Shown one piece after another: positions 47,501-55,734 of a DNA stretch of 64,000 bases; the stretch's first letter is position 1; each line of letters begins with the position of its first letter. This DNA is from an uncultured Clostridia bacterium (lineage in GTDB: Bacteria > Bacillota > Clostridia > Christensenellales > CAG-314): contig CALVWF010000005.1 of the NCBI GenBank assembly GCA_944364615.1, positions 76,311-140,310 of the forward strand, in the 5' to 3' direction. The notes beneath the pieces were generated by a model. The model had not been told where the DNA came from. It worked only from the letters and a program-made list of their open reading frames with translations, and made no database searches. A program made the position numbers and the translations under genes.

Positions 47501-50500
47501 TGTGTCCGTTTGTTTGCGCGTCCTTTCCGATATAGGGCAATCTGACGTATTCAAGCGAAGTCATACCGCTAAGGCCGTATATTGCCGTCACTCCGTCTCC
47601 TATTTCCAGACGGGTGATATAACCGGCGGAAGCAAGCGCTGAACCGCTGATTGCGGAATTGCCCGTAACGGTAAGTTCGGTAAGAGTCTTTGGCAGATAT
47701 TTTGAATTGTAACCGGTTGTCCAATCAGGCAGGCCTTCGGGAGCGAACAGACGTCCCAGAGCACTGACATTACCGAAAATATTTGACGACACCGTCATTT
47801 TGCCTACGGACGTACATCCGTAAAATGCCGATTCGCCTATTTCCGTTACACTGTCGGGAATGATTATTTCCTTTACGGCAACGGCATTTACAAAGGCAAA
47901 TGCACCGACGGCAGTAAAGCCCTGCGGTATATCGATCACTGTCAGAGGCTGTCCTTCGAAAACGTAGTTTCCGCTGTTTGCAAAGGGATTGGACGTTCTC
48001 GACGCAAACCGAATGTTCAGCCAGTCGCCCACCGTTCCGTCGTAAACCACATTTCCGCCAAATTGCTCGAACGCCGTTTCGGCAATGTATCTGACGGAAA
48101 CGGGCAATTCCAATTGCTCAATAGCGCAATACGCGAATGCGGAAAAACCTATACTTTCCACAGCAGACATATCGGCGTTTAATGTAGTAAGTTGCATACA
48201 ACCGCTGAAAGCGCCATCCGCAATTGCGGTAAGAGGTTGACTGTAAGTAACTGTTTCCACATTGCTGTTGGCAAAACCGCCTGCAACGGATGAGTTTGTC
48301 ACCACCACTTTTTTCAGGTTTTGCGGCAGCGTATCACCGAACAAATCGGTCAACATACCGCCCTCAGACGCACCCACAAAGGGAACGGTAAGTTCGGTGA
48401 CGTCGGTACATTGAGCAAATGCGCCTCTTTCTATCGCAACGACGGGTTTGCCGTCGACAGTTTCGGGAACGACGATTTTTAGAGGATTGTAGTCTGTTAA
48501 AGTATATCCCGTTACTTTAACGCCGTCGCCGAAATCCTCGGTTCGGAATGTCTTAACGGTGTTATAAGAGGCGTAAAGATTTAAGTTGTCTCTTATAATG
48601 ATGCTTTCCACAAACTGTCCGTTGATATCCTTCCAACCGACAAATTCGCTTGTACTGTTTTCGTCATCGCTTGCGGAAACGGCTTCGCCCGTAACCGCGT
48701 ACAGTGTTCCTTCCAGCACAGACTCCGTGCGGACGATGCTTCCGTCATCATTGAGATATATCACTTCAAAGTAGTTTTCCGCCTGCTTCCACACCAGCGT
48801 AGCATTTTGCACGAAACTTCTTGTTTCTTCGATATACGACTCCCATTCGGTGGAATAGATGTCTTTTAAGTTCAACGTGGAAGCAATTTCCACATACATT
48901 ACGTCAGGTCTGCCGTACACCGTCAACGAACCTATAGACAAATTCTCGTCTTCATAGTCATACAGGTATATTTCCGTGACGTTGGCAGGCAATGTGACGT
49001 TGTTGACGTGGGCGGTAATTCCCTCACCGCAACCGAGAGCAAATGTGATTTCGTTGTCGGAGGGAAGTATCTCTATTTTTTCCATTGTGTCGGCACACAG
49101 CAGATTGCCAAACGACGTGACCGTGGACGGTACCGTAAGAGAAGTAACTGCGGTGTAACGGAACGCGTTGTCTTCAATAGCAGTCAGGCCTTCGGGAAGT
49201 TGCAACGAAGCAAGCGACGTGCAACCGTAAAACGCAAACAATCCTATTTCCCTGATCTTGTCGGAAAATACCACCTGCTCAAGTGAAGTACAGCCGTAAA
49301 ATGCCGAACCTGCCACCGTCGAAACGCCGTTAAGGTAAGCGGATTGCAATGCGGTACAACCTTCAAATGTGCTTGTCGACAACGTTGCGGAATCGCACAG
49401 CAACTTTACCGTTTGCAACAAACTGCATTCCTGAAATGCGTTCAGTCCCAAACTTACGTTGCCTTCAGTAAACTCTATTTCCGTCAGAGCGGTGTTGCGG
49501 AAAGCGAAATCGCCAACATAAGAAATTCCTTCGGGGAAATTGATTACGGCAAGCCGTTCGCAACCGTTAAAAGCACCGTTGCCTATTCTCGTTACCGTTG
49601 AGGGCAGTTGCAGGCTTTCAATTGAAGTAAAGGCAAATTGATTGTCGGGTATTTCCGTAATGCCTGCGGGCAAAACCACTTCACGAAGGGGAAGCAGATT
49701 ACCTTCGGAACCGAGCCCGAGTTGAGGTAACGTTTCTCTGTTGCCGGTGTAAACTACTTTTTCTATGACGGAATAAGTGAAGTGATTGTACTTCACGCTG
49801 TCGGGAATAGTTACCGAAACCAGAGACGGACACTCACAAATTATATCTGTAATACCGTACGGCACAGTCAATTCGGCAATATTTTGTCCGTACAGTGTCA
49901 GTTTGCCCTCGAAATAGGGAATTTCCGGACAAACGGAACTTTCGGTGTCTATTGTAATCTCTTCCAACTCGGAGGGAATGTTGTAACTTACACCGTCGGG
50001 CAGTCTGTTGAACTCTACCGAACGCAGATTGTCCGGCAAAATTATTTCCTTCAACTTGTCACCGAACAATGCCCCGTCAATGTCAATTTTTTCAGTGTTG
50101 ACGGAAGCAACAAAAGTCAACTTTTCAATGTTGGGAAATTTGGGCAAAGGAGTGGAACTGTCGTTGTACGTAGCGGTATCTATCACCACTTCTTTAACGG
50201 AAGGCAACGAGTCGCCTTCGTTTTCGGCATACGCTTGTTTGTGGTAGCCGGTGTAAATCATTATGTACCGAGGCGTAACCTGACTGTAATCAACGGTTTC
50301 CAGTTGACCGTTTATCAACAAAAACAAGTTGTTGCCATCTTTGTCTCTGACTATCGCGCCGTCGACATAAAAATTGTCGTTGTCTTCGATTATAACGTTT
50401 TCAAATCCGTATATGTTTGCCCAGCCGAGATTTTCTGACGTTCCGCGTATTTCCTGCAATCCCGAAGGTATTACCAGAGTTTTGCCGGAAATGTTACATT

Positions 50501-51629
50501 CTTCCGAAATTATAGTCACGTCATCGGGTATTGTCACAATGTCGGATTTGCCGAGGTACTCTTTAAGTACACCGTTTTCCACATAAAATTCTTCCACAAC
50601 GGGCTGCAAATCGAAATTTTCGTAGAAGTTTTGTCTGTATTCGTCCACGTACTGCTTTACTTTTGAAAACTCTCCCGAGTCTTCCCAGACGCTGTATGCG
50701 TCGATATAGTTTTGCTTCATGTAATCTATATCTTGTGCAACGCCGTCGGCGGTTATATTAAGCAACTGTAACAGTTTGCGTGCGTTCTGCAAAACAACGC
50801 TTTTGCCGCTGTCGTAGTCGATTACAGGCAGTACAGAAGATTCGCCGTTTGCCTTGTCGGAGTAATATGGATCGAGAATTGCCTGGTAGGTTTCCATACT
50901 GTCAAGGAAACTTATTTCTATACGGCAATTTACAACCATATCGGACAAATCCGACATTACATCTCCCGTTTCGCCGCAATCCAGTCTGAAACTGAGATAC
51001 TGTCCGTCGGCATATCCGGTAAACGTAAAGGAATTAATGCCGTTGCTGTCATTTAAATAAACTTCCACTTGCGTAAATGCGACATCCTGCGCCGTTGTAC
51101 CGGAATAGGAACTGTATGTACATCGTACATAAGACGTCAGTGTGTCTTCGAGGTCGGTAGTCGTTGTAACCGAATAGCCGTCCTCTTCTTCCGTGATACT
51201 GTAACATGCGTCGTTACGTACGTTAAACGGGGTTGTGAGAAATTCGATTCCTGTGATACTGCCCAACTTTGCGTAACTTAACGGAGCAATCTGCATGTCA
51301 AGCACAGTGTTGGGAACAGTGTCTTTCCAGATACCTACCGTCTGAGAATATCTTGTAGGCGACATACCGAGTTTTTGCAATTGCGAAACGATGTCAGTCA
51401 TTGCTTCGCCGCTGACAACTGACATGTTTTGCTTGTCTGTCGACGGAGCAGACTCCTCCTGCTCGACAGGTACGCTGTTGGCAATATCCGCTACCGCCTT
51501 TTGAAAAGACATGTTCGCTTTTTCAAATTTTAAAAAGCCGTTGTCTGCAATTTCCGTCGGGGTGCACGCCGCCAACATCAAAGCGACAATCATTACCGCA
51601 GCCAGTAACGTAATCAAATACTTTTTCAT
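44517..51629 (-). CDS. giant BspA-type leucine-rich-repeat surface lipoprotein (about 2,370 aa)
   Basis: The start is at MKKYLITLLAAVMIVALMLAAC (lipobox LAAC, RBS GGAAAGGAG). Dozens of roughly 23-aa repeats follow the pattern IPDSVTxIGxxAFxxCxxL (LRR_5/BspA type). Blocks are separated by cap segments such as CEAAAKPSGWDNSWGNGANVVWGYN and CESSTVPEGWATDWSEG. Confidence 0.88.
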   Translation of the reverse strand: MKKYLITLLAAVMIVALMLAACTPTEIADNGFLKFEKANMSFQKAVADIANSVPVEQEESAPSTDKQNMSVVSGEAMTDIVSQLQKLGMSPTRYSQTVGIWKDTVPNTVLDMQIAPLSYAKLGSITGIEFLTTPFNVRNDACYSITEEEDGYSVTTTTDLEDTLTSYVRCTYSSYSGTTAQDVAFTQVEVYLNDSNGINSFTFTGYADGQYLSFRLDCGETGDVMSDLSDMVVNCRIEISFLDSMETYQAILDPYYSDKANGESSVLPVIDYDSGKSVVLQNARKLLQLLNITADGVAQDIDYMKQNYIDAYSVWEDSGEFSKVKQYVDEYRQNFYENFDLQPVVEEFYVENGVLKEYLGKSDIVTIPDDVTIISEECNISGKTLVIPSGLQEIRGTSENLGWANIYGFENVIIEDNDNFYVDGAIVRDKDGNNLFLLINGQLETVDYSQVTPRYIMIYTGYHKQAYAENEGDSLPSVKEVVIDTATYNDSSTPLPKFPNIEKLTFVASVNTEKIDIDGALFGDKLKEIILPDNLRSVEFNRLPDGVSYNIPSELEEITIDTESSVCPEIPYFEGKLTLYGQNIAELTVPYGITDIICECPSLVSVTIPDSVKYNHFTYSVIEKVVYTGNRETLPQLGLGSEGNLLPLREVVLPAGITEIPDNQFAFTSIESLQLPSTVTRIGNGAFNGCERLAVINFPEGISYVGDFAFRNTALTEIEFTEGNVSLGLNAFQECSLLQTVKLLCDSATLSTSTFEGCTALQSAYLNGVSTVAGSAFYGCTSLEQVVFSDKIREIGLFAFYGCTSLASLQLPEGLTAIEDNAFRYTAVTSLTVPSTVTSFGNLLCADTMEKIEILPSDNEITFALGCGEGITAHVNNVTLPANVTEIYLYDYEDENLSIGSLTVYGRPDVMYVEIASTLNLKDIYSTEWESYIEETRSFVQNATLVWKQAENYFEVIYLNDDGSIVRTESVLEGTLYAVTGEAVSASDDENSTSEFVGWKDINGQFVESIIIRDNLNLYASYNTVKTFRTEDFGDGVKVTGYTLTDYNPLKIVVPETVDGKPVVAIERGAFAQCTDVTELTVPFVGASEGGMLTDLFGDTLPQNLKKVVVTNSSVAGGFANSNVETVTYSQPLTAIADGAFSGCMQLTTLNADMSAVESIGFSAFAYCAIEQLELPVSVRYIAETAFEQFGGNVVYDGTVGDWLNIRFASRTSNPFANSGNYVFEGQPLTVIDIPQGFTAVGAFAFVNAVAVKEIIIPDSVTEIGESAFYGCTSVGKMTVSSNIFGNVSALGRLFAPEGLPDWTTGYNSKYLPKTLTELTVTGNSAISGSALASAGYITRLEIGDGVTAIYGLSGMTSLEYVRLPYIGKDAQTNGHISDVMDASTLASLAEIVVGNGTSHLDFNSLTGWTGENKTLRIGSGITTITLAGYSTERPGNLYYQGTLKQWFGIAMSCNDGYPYSAMADSIYIDGTLAEGELTIPDGVTSVGDFAFYRYGRLTSVVIPESVTQIGNCAFQYIETLERVELNAVNCTGYAVFMKESVSPIDVVIGERVERIADGFFANISVRTLQFEANGSCAYIGNDNFNSLQAESLQLPDSVTAIGSNAFTNSQFYTLTLPSNLLSVGDNAFTYCYNITELYLPQSVQTLGAGAFSQCWNVTKAQIPATALETFQSLSLTDLYVFNGEISTLDMYSLKNLYLMEGVTFSPSETYISVYQLEKLYINTDLQNVSQSVILSLLANGNVDVTIGDKVNAIPDRLFENVILKSLTFQENSTCEYIGEYAFSNSNLTSVAIPDSVLSVGQYAFNYCTQLQEVTLPHGLKSIAEGMFAYCYELQLLTMPDSVTDIGANSFTNTALLQIQLPDSTVSIGDNAFNASRLTEITLPDGIEYIGSGAFGNCGLTEIVLPDGITEVSDALLSNCSNLVSVTMSDNVTAIGNSAFSNCTSLADITLPATVTKIGDYAFSGCFALTIVINAETEYVGYWAFDHACKTVYCEAAAKPSGWDNSWGNGANVVWGYNNVTSNQLYDYVVRGDGAVLTKYKGTDRDVVIPQQVDGLSVTRLGDIFYGSADVSLVTVPQSVTYLAQNAFAECPSLFGVFLSQSVERAGSRLVYGTEAEIYCESSTVPEGWATDWSEGAEATYMSCSNVVNPNYYSYILYGDKALLTALESESGEGKYYMPDEFDGHTIVSVGVTFTGNKLVSHVSLPHNLTIIEDYAFYGCENIQSIDFYDGILSVGNHAFEDCVALEQVKFGSGLTEVGEYAFSGCSMLTEVRLPFEVRVIEDYAFESCTSLQTLVLGGDLEYIYYGAFEGCNSLSEVYFQCSEEQWNNVDVFPSNYYLQKVSNRYWYSETPPESEGNFWYYEDGNIRYW

Positions 51630-52541
51630 AACTTCTCCTTTCCGACTCCGTTGTCCGAAAATATATTGCACTACTTCGAAATCTTACTACCCGAAAACAA
51701 TGATGTAACTTACAGCATCTGTCCGAATAATTATATTACATTAATATATATTTTGATTATATCACAACAGTATACGTTGTCAATAACTTTACTGTCTGCT
51801 GTATTAAACAAAATACACTTAATATATTAAAATTTTCAAACGTGTACTTTTAAAGTTAAATGAAAATTGCGTCTGTCACTGAATCCCGTTTGCAAAATGC
51901 CCGATGTCCTTCGAATCACTATCATTCATTGCAATTATCGATTGCAAATGAGTTGTGTTATCGCAAAAAAAATCAGACCGATAAAACCGAACAACGGTCA
52001 TGACAACAAACAAACAGCGAAAATAAACTTTCGAACCTACGTTTTTAAAAGTTGTTTTGTCTGTTTTTCGAACAAGTTGTAATGACAAATATACCGTGTT
52101 ATGTTCCGAATAAAAGGAAGGTACTCACATTAAAGGAAATAAAGCCCTGCGGTCGGCACAAAAACAACTGCACAAACAGGGGGCGTGACTTTCGGTAAAT
52201 CCAGACAAAATATGCCCTGACATAAAAGACAGCAAATGGATTGGCAGAGACAGCGAGAAATCCGCAAGGATCAATTTCATTGCGACGGAATAATTTTTTC
52301 CTATCGTCACGTTATTTTGATTTCAAGACAGCGGAGCAGTGAAGAACAGGCGACGGGAGAACGGAAAAAGGAAGCACCATACTGTGCCCTTTCATTGTGA
52401 GACTGCCGTACAGGCTCTAAAAAAAAAACGATATACAATAAAAATACGGCAACCAAGTTTTACCATAGTTGCCGTGTGCTTACACTGGCGGAGCGAATAA
52501 ACGCCCGACTAAACCTTTTTACGGGTTCAGTCGGGTACCGC

Positions 52542-52740
52542 TTGGCGGAGACGGAGGGATTCGCAAGGAGCGAAGCGACGGAATAGCGAAAGCGACTTGT
52601 CGCTTGAGCGTCACGTTATTTCGATGTCTTGACGGCAAAGCAATGTGTGTGGCGAAGCAATACGGAGTAATAAAAAGAAAAAGACACCCATTGGTGTCTT
52701 TCTTTTTGTTGCGACTACAGGCGAGCCACACGCTGGCGGA
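52542..52740. repeat. 199-bp direct repeat, copy A (starts with a 21-nt tRNA 3'-end mimic)
   Basis: Identical to 55537-55734 except for one T/C substitution and one A-run length difference. The first 21 nt, tggcggagacggagggattcg, are the reverse complement of CGAATCCCTCCGTCTCCGCCA (T-loop, T-stem, acceptor, G73, CCA). The repeat contains an internal bidirectional hairpin (gacaccca-ttgg-tgtc) and ends with ctggcgga. Confidence 0.9.
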
Positions 52741-52782
52741 GCGTTAGTAACGTAAATCGAATATTCTGCCTTATAACCTCGA

Positions 52783-54363
52783 TTATGCGATACTTTGCAT
52801 AAACTCGTCCATTACAATATTGTAATTTGAGCCGAAAACGCCGTCAAAATTATAGTTAATACAACAGTTTAGGACGTTATTAAACCCATATTTTTCTATC
52901 AAATAATAGGTAAAGGCATAAGCCTCGGGATATGTTAAAACGTTTCCGCCTTTACTTGTACAAGAATATATTTTACATATCGCATTCGTTGCATACGGAA
53001 ATGTAATTCGCGATTTATAACTGCTATCTTTTAAGGTGATTTCTCCGATACATTTTTCAATGAGTGCAAAATCAAATTCGGACAAAGTATCGAATTGACC
53101 GCCGTTATTCTGGTAACGTGTATTGACCGTGTTTACAAAATCGGCAATGCCACCTGTTAATGTTTTATCTGTAAATGATAGATAAAACCGATTATTTATA
53201 TCAGAAATATGTTTAGAAACATACCGAGATAAATACTCCGCTACGCCTTCGCCTATCCACGCTTCGTCGGTGGGGTTACTTTTTAATGTAACGGCGTGGA
53301 TTGTTTCGTGTACATATTCGCTTGGGTCAAGCAAGTATATTTTACGATTATTAACATCACAGCACGTTTTAATTTCTCTGTCGGAAACAAAGTATTCGAG
53401 ATTGTCGGAATACCTTTGATTTACAAAATCGTAACTGTCGGGAGCGTTACTTTTTATATAATTCAATATTTTGGCACATTCTGCATTGCCTGCCGACAAA
53501 TGATATAAAACTCTTTCTGGTGTATCAAAACTTGCGGTTTCGCGTTTGGAAGAAAACGCATCGAGATTGTAAATCCGATTTGCCGTACTGATTACAAGCG
53601 GATAAGACAAAAATTTCTGACTGTATATCGCTTCGTCAAGCCACGACAAATCAAAAGATATATTAAACTTGCGGTTTATACCTAAAAATGAAAGGTATTC
53701 GGTTCTGTAATCCGTTAAGTTTGCATTTATAAAGTTTTTGTGTCCGTATGTGTTTATAACGAAATCACTGAAAGAATACGCCGTTTTTATTGCATTATCC
53801 GTATTATCATTAAAATCGTCGATAAAGTAAGCCGAAAATAGTGTTAATTCTAAATCTTTACCGTTTGCGTAATGTTCTTTAATTTCTTCATTGCTGTATT
53901 CACAATTAAAGGCGTGGGCATATGCTCCGTATTGTTTCCAATACTCGGTTGATTGAATATAAGCCCCTGCAAAAGCCTTTCTGTAACTGCCACTTTTTAC
54001 AGCACTTTCATTGCAAATTAAAACTTCGTTTTGATATACTGCTTTATCGTTTCCTAAAATATATTCATCGGCAATAATATAGCACTTAATTTGCGTGTCC
54101 AAATTGAATACACTTGTAAGTGTAGAATAATCGTCTTGCATTAAATTTATCAAATCGCTGATTTCGTCTTTTGAATTGCTTACACTGTTTTCAACGTGCA
54201 ATTCTATGTTTTTATCTTTTAATATATTGCAAGTGGTGCTTTTATAATAGGGAATATACTCATATACTTTTGTTTGATAATTTTTGTCTTTGTTACACGC
54301 CGAAAAAACTATCAAGCAAGATAAAAGAGATAAACATATAATCAAAATAAGCCTTTTTCTCAT
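52783..54363 (-). CDS. AT-rich lipoprotein with HExxH / EGxAEY gluzincin-like metalloprotease motif
   Basis: 526 aa with lipobox FSAC. YVHETIHAVTLKSNPTDEAWIGEGVAEYLS matches the peptidase-MA-like pattern (HExxH, about 20 aa, then E). The gene is visibly more AT-rich than the flanking chromosome. Confidence 0.6.
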   Translation of the reverse strand: MRKRLILIICLSLLSCLIVFSACNKDKNYQTKVYEYIPYYKSTTCNILKDKNIELHVENSVSNSKDEISDLINLMQDDYSTLTSVFNLDTQIKCYIIADEYILGNDKAVYQNEVLICNESAVKSGSYRKAFAGAYIQSTEYWKQYGAYAHAFNCEYSNEEIKEHYANGKDLELTLFSAYFIDDFNDNTDNAIKTAYSFSDFVINTYGHKNFINANLTDYRTEYLSFLGINRKFNISFDLSWLDEAIYSQKFLSYPLVISTANRIYNLDAFSSKRETASFDTPERVLYHLSAGNAECAKILNYIKSNAPDSYDFVNQRYSDNLEYFVSDREIKTCCDVNNRKIYLLDPSEYVHETIHAVTLKSNPTDEAWIGEGVAEYLSRYVSKHISDINNRFYLSFTDKTLTGGIADFVNTVNTRYQNNGGQFDTLSEFDFALIEKCIGEITLKDSSYKSRITFPYATNAICKIYSCTSKGGNVLTYPEAYAFTYYLIEKYGFNNVLNCCINYNFDGVFGSNYNIVMDEFMQSIA

Positions 54364-54462
54364 AAAACGCCCTCACAATAACGGCTATATTGTTTTTCTA
54401 TTATACACGATTTTGCTATTAAATTCAAGTAAAAAGCCATTGTAAACTTCAAATGGCACTTT

Positions 54463-54649
54463 GGCGGGTGCTTGACTATACGAGCGGCTCGGCTGCGCCT
54501 CGCCGTTCAAGCACCCGCCATATGAGCAGACGGAACAAAGCGAAACTCAAAAGCGCACGGGAACGGGCGGTCGTCGCTGAACCGCTTGGCGATCCGCCCT
54601 TATCTCCCGTGCGGCTGTATTTGAGTAGTGATGCCTTGCATGCCGTCTG
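54463..54649. other. GC-rich structured non-coding element (two adjacent long hairpins)
   Basis: Hairpin 1 has a perfect 13-bp stem, ggcgggtgcttga (54463-75) / tcaagcacccgcc (54507-19). Hairpin 2 spans 54527-54649 and has four stacked helices: cagacgg/ccgtctg, actcaaa/tttgagt, gcacggga/tcccgtgc and gggcgg/ccgccc, plus tcgc/gcga. No credible ORF is present. Confidence 0.6.
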
Positions 54650-54916
54650 TTCTTGCATATCGGCGTTTTGTAGACCTTCACATACGGCGCAGTATCCTTA
54701 CTGTAACGGTTTTGATACGGAAAAGTATACTTTCACCTACTCACGCTTAAAGCGAAAAACAGTGTATAATTTTAAGTGCCGAAACGGAGAAAAAGCCAAT
54801 GCACAAAAAAATTGTAAAATTTTCCGCTTAAACCCTTGCTTTTTGCCGTTTTCGAGCCTAAATAGTGAGGGGTATTTTTCTTCCTCTCAAAAATCAAGTG
54901 CGAGGAGGTGATAAAC

Positions 54917-55054
54917 GTGCTAAAAACAGAACTCGAAATCGTTACTGTCGGGACGCCCGACATAACGGCATTGTCAGACGATGAAAGACGTGTTTTCTTT
55001 GAAACGATAATGGCAAGAGTTTTGAAATTGGCAAAAGAACGGAATGAATTGTAA
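54917..55054 (+). CDS. small hypothetical protein (45 aa, GTG start)
   Basis: A strong RBS (GAGGAGGTG) lies 6 nt upstream of the GTG. The translation is VLKTELEIVTVGTPDITALSDDERRVFFETIMARVLKLAKERNEL. It is missing from the ORF track because it is under 60 aa. Confidence 0.4.
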   Translation: MLKTELEIVTVGTPDITALSDDERRVFFETIMARVLKLAKERNEL

Positions 55055-55536
55055 TGTAATGAAACGGAACTAATATAACGGAAATGGAATTGACAGAAAG
55101 GAATGTTCGGGGCGCAACGTACTACGCCGCCCCATTAGATAGATAACCGAATAGTGACCGAAACGGATTGAACCGAAAGTAATCAGCGGTAAATAAAACA
55201 ACAGAGCCGATACGCAGGCGTTTAAGATTTCCGAAAAGTGACGGGAACGCGCCGTAAAGCAAAGGGCAAAGTATGAAACGATAACAGGATTGTTTTGTAT
55301 TTTGTCCTTTTTCTTTTTCACTAAAAAATACACAAAAAGGAGTATAATTTTGTTGTAGAATAAACATAAAATAGACGGCATAAGCCGTCTATTTTGTATA
55401 GTTGCCGTGTTCATCTCTTTTCTGCGTCAAGTAGAAGTCAGACCATTGGGGGAACATAAACTTCGGTATCGATTATGATACCGGCAACCCCCTTAATACA
55501 AAAATAATAGAGCCGCGGGTTCAAACGCGACTCTGT

Positions 55537-55734
55537 TTGGCGGAGACGGAGGGATTCGCAAGGAGCGAAGCGACGGAATAGCGAAAGCGACTTGTCGCTT
55601 GAGCGTCACGTTATTTCGATGTCCTGACGGCAAAGCAATGTGTGTGGCGAAGCAATACGGAGTAATAAAAAGAAAAGACACCCATTGGTGTCTTTCTTTT
55701 TGTTGCGACTACAGGCGAGCCACACGCTGGCGGA
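55537..55734. repeat. 199-bp direct repeat, copy B
   Basis: See copy A. Same orientation, 198 nt, and it begins with the same 21-nt tRNA 3'-end mimic. Confidence 0.9.

Noticed and set aside
51672-52541. Small ORFs (51867-52082 +, 51876-52088 -, 52125-52310 -) in the 870-bp gap upstream of the LRR gene.
   Set aside because: None has an RBS, their composition is implausible, and they overlap each other antisense. The region is better described as promoter or degenerate repeat DNA.
52542-52640. A possible tRNA gene on the minus strand, because of the perfect tRNA-like 3' end CGAATCCCTCCGTCTCCGCCA.
   Set aside because: The sequence 5' of the T-loop (CTTCGCTCCTTG) cannot pair with the T-stem 3' strand. 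No D-arm or anticodon arm can be drawn. Only the terminal 21 nt are tRNA-like, so it is treated as an att-type fragment.
54527-54649. The long hairpin as a retron msr/msd.
   Set aside because: No reverse transcriptase or effector gene is adjacent, and I could not identify the conserved branching-G context or a1/a2 inverted repeats. It is kept only as an unclassified structured element.
54453-54911. A 152-aa plus-strand ORF covering the GC-rich hairpin region.
   Set aside because: It has no RBS and its translation is Arg/Ser/Ala-rich low complexity. The ORF is explained by the GC-rich palindromic DNA, and its reading frame runs through both arms of the hairpins.
52542-55734. The two 199-bp repeats as the template/variable repeats of a diversity-generating retroelement.
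   Set aside because: There is no reverse transcriptase in the window. The repeats are non-coding. The only differences are one T/C change and one homopolymer length change, not adenine-specific substitutions.
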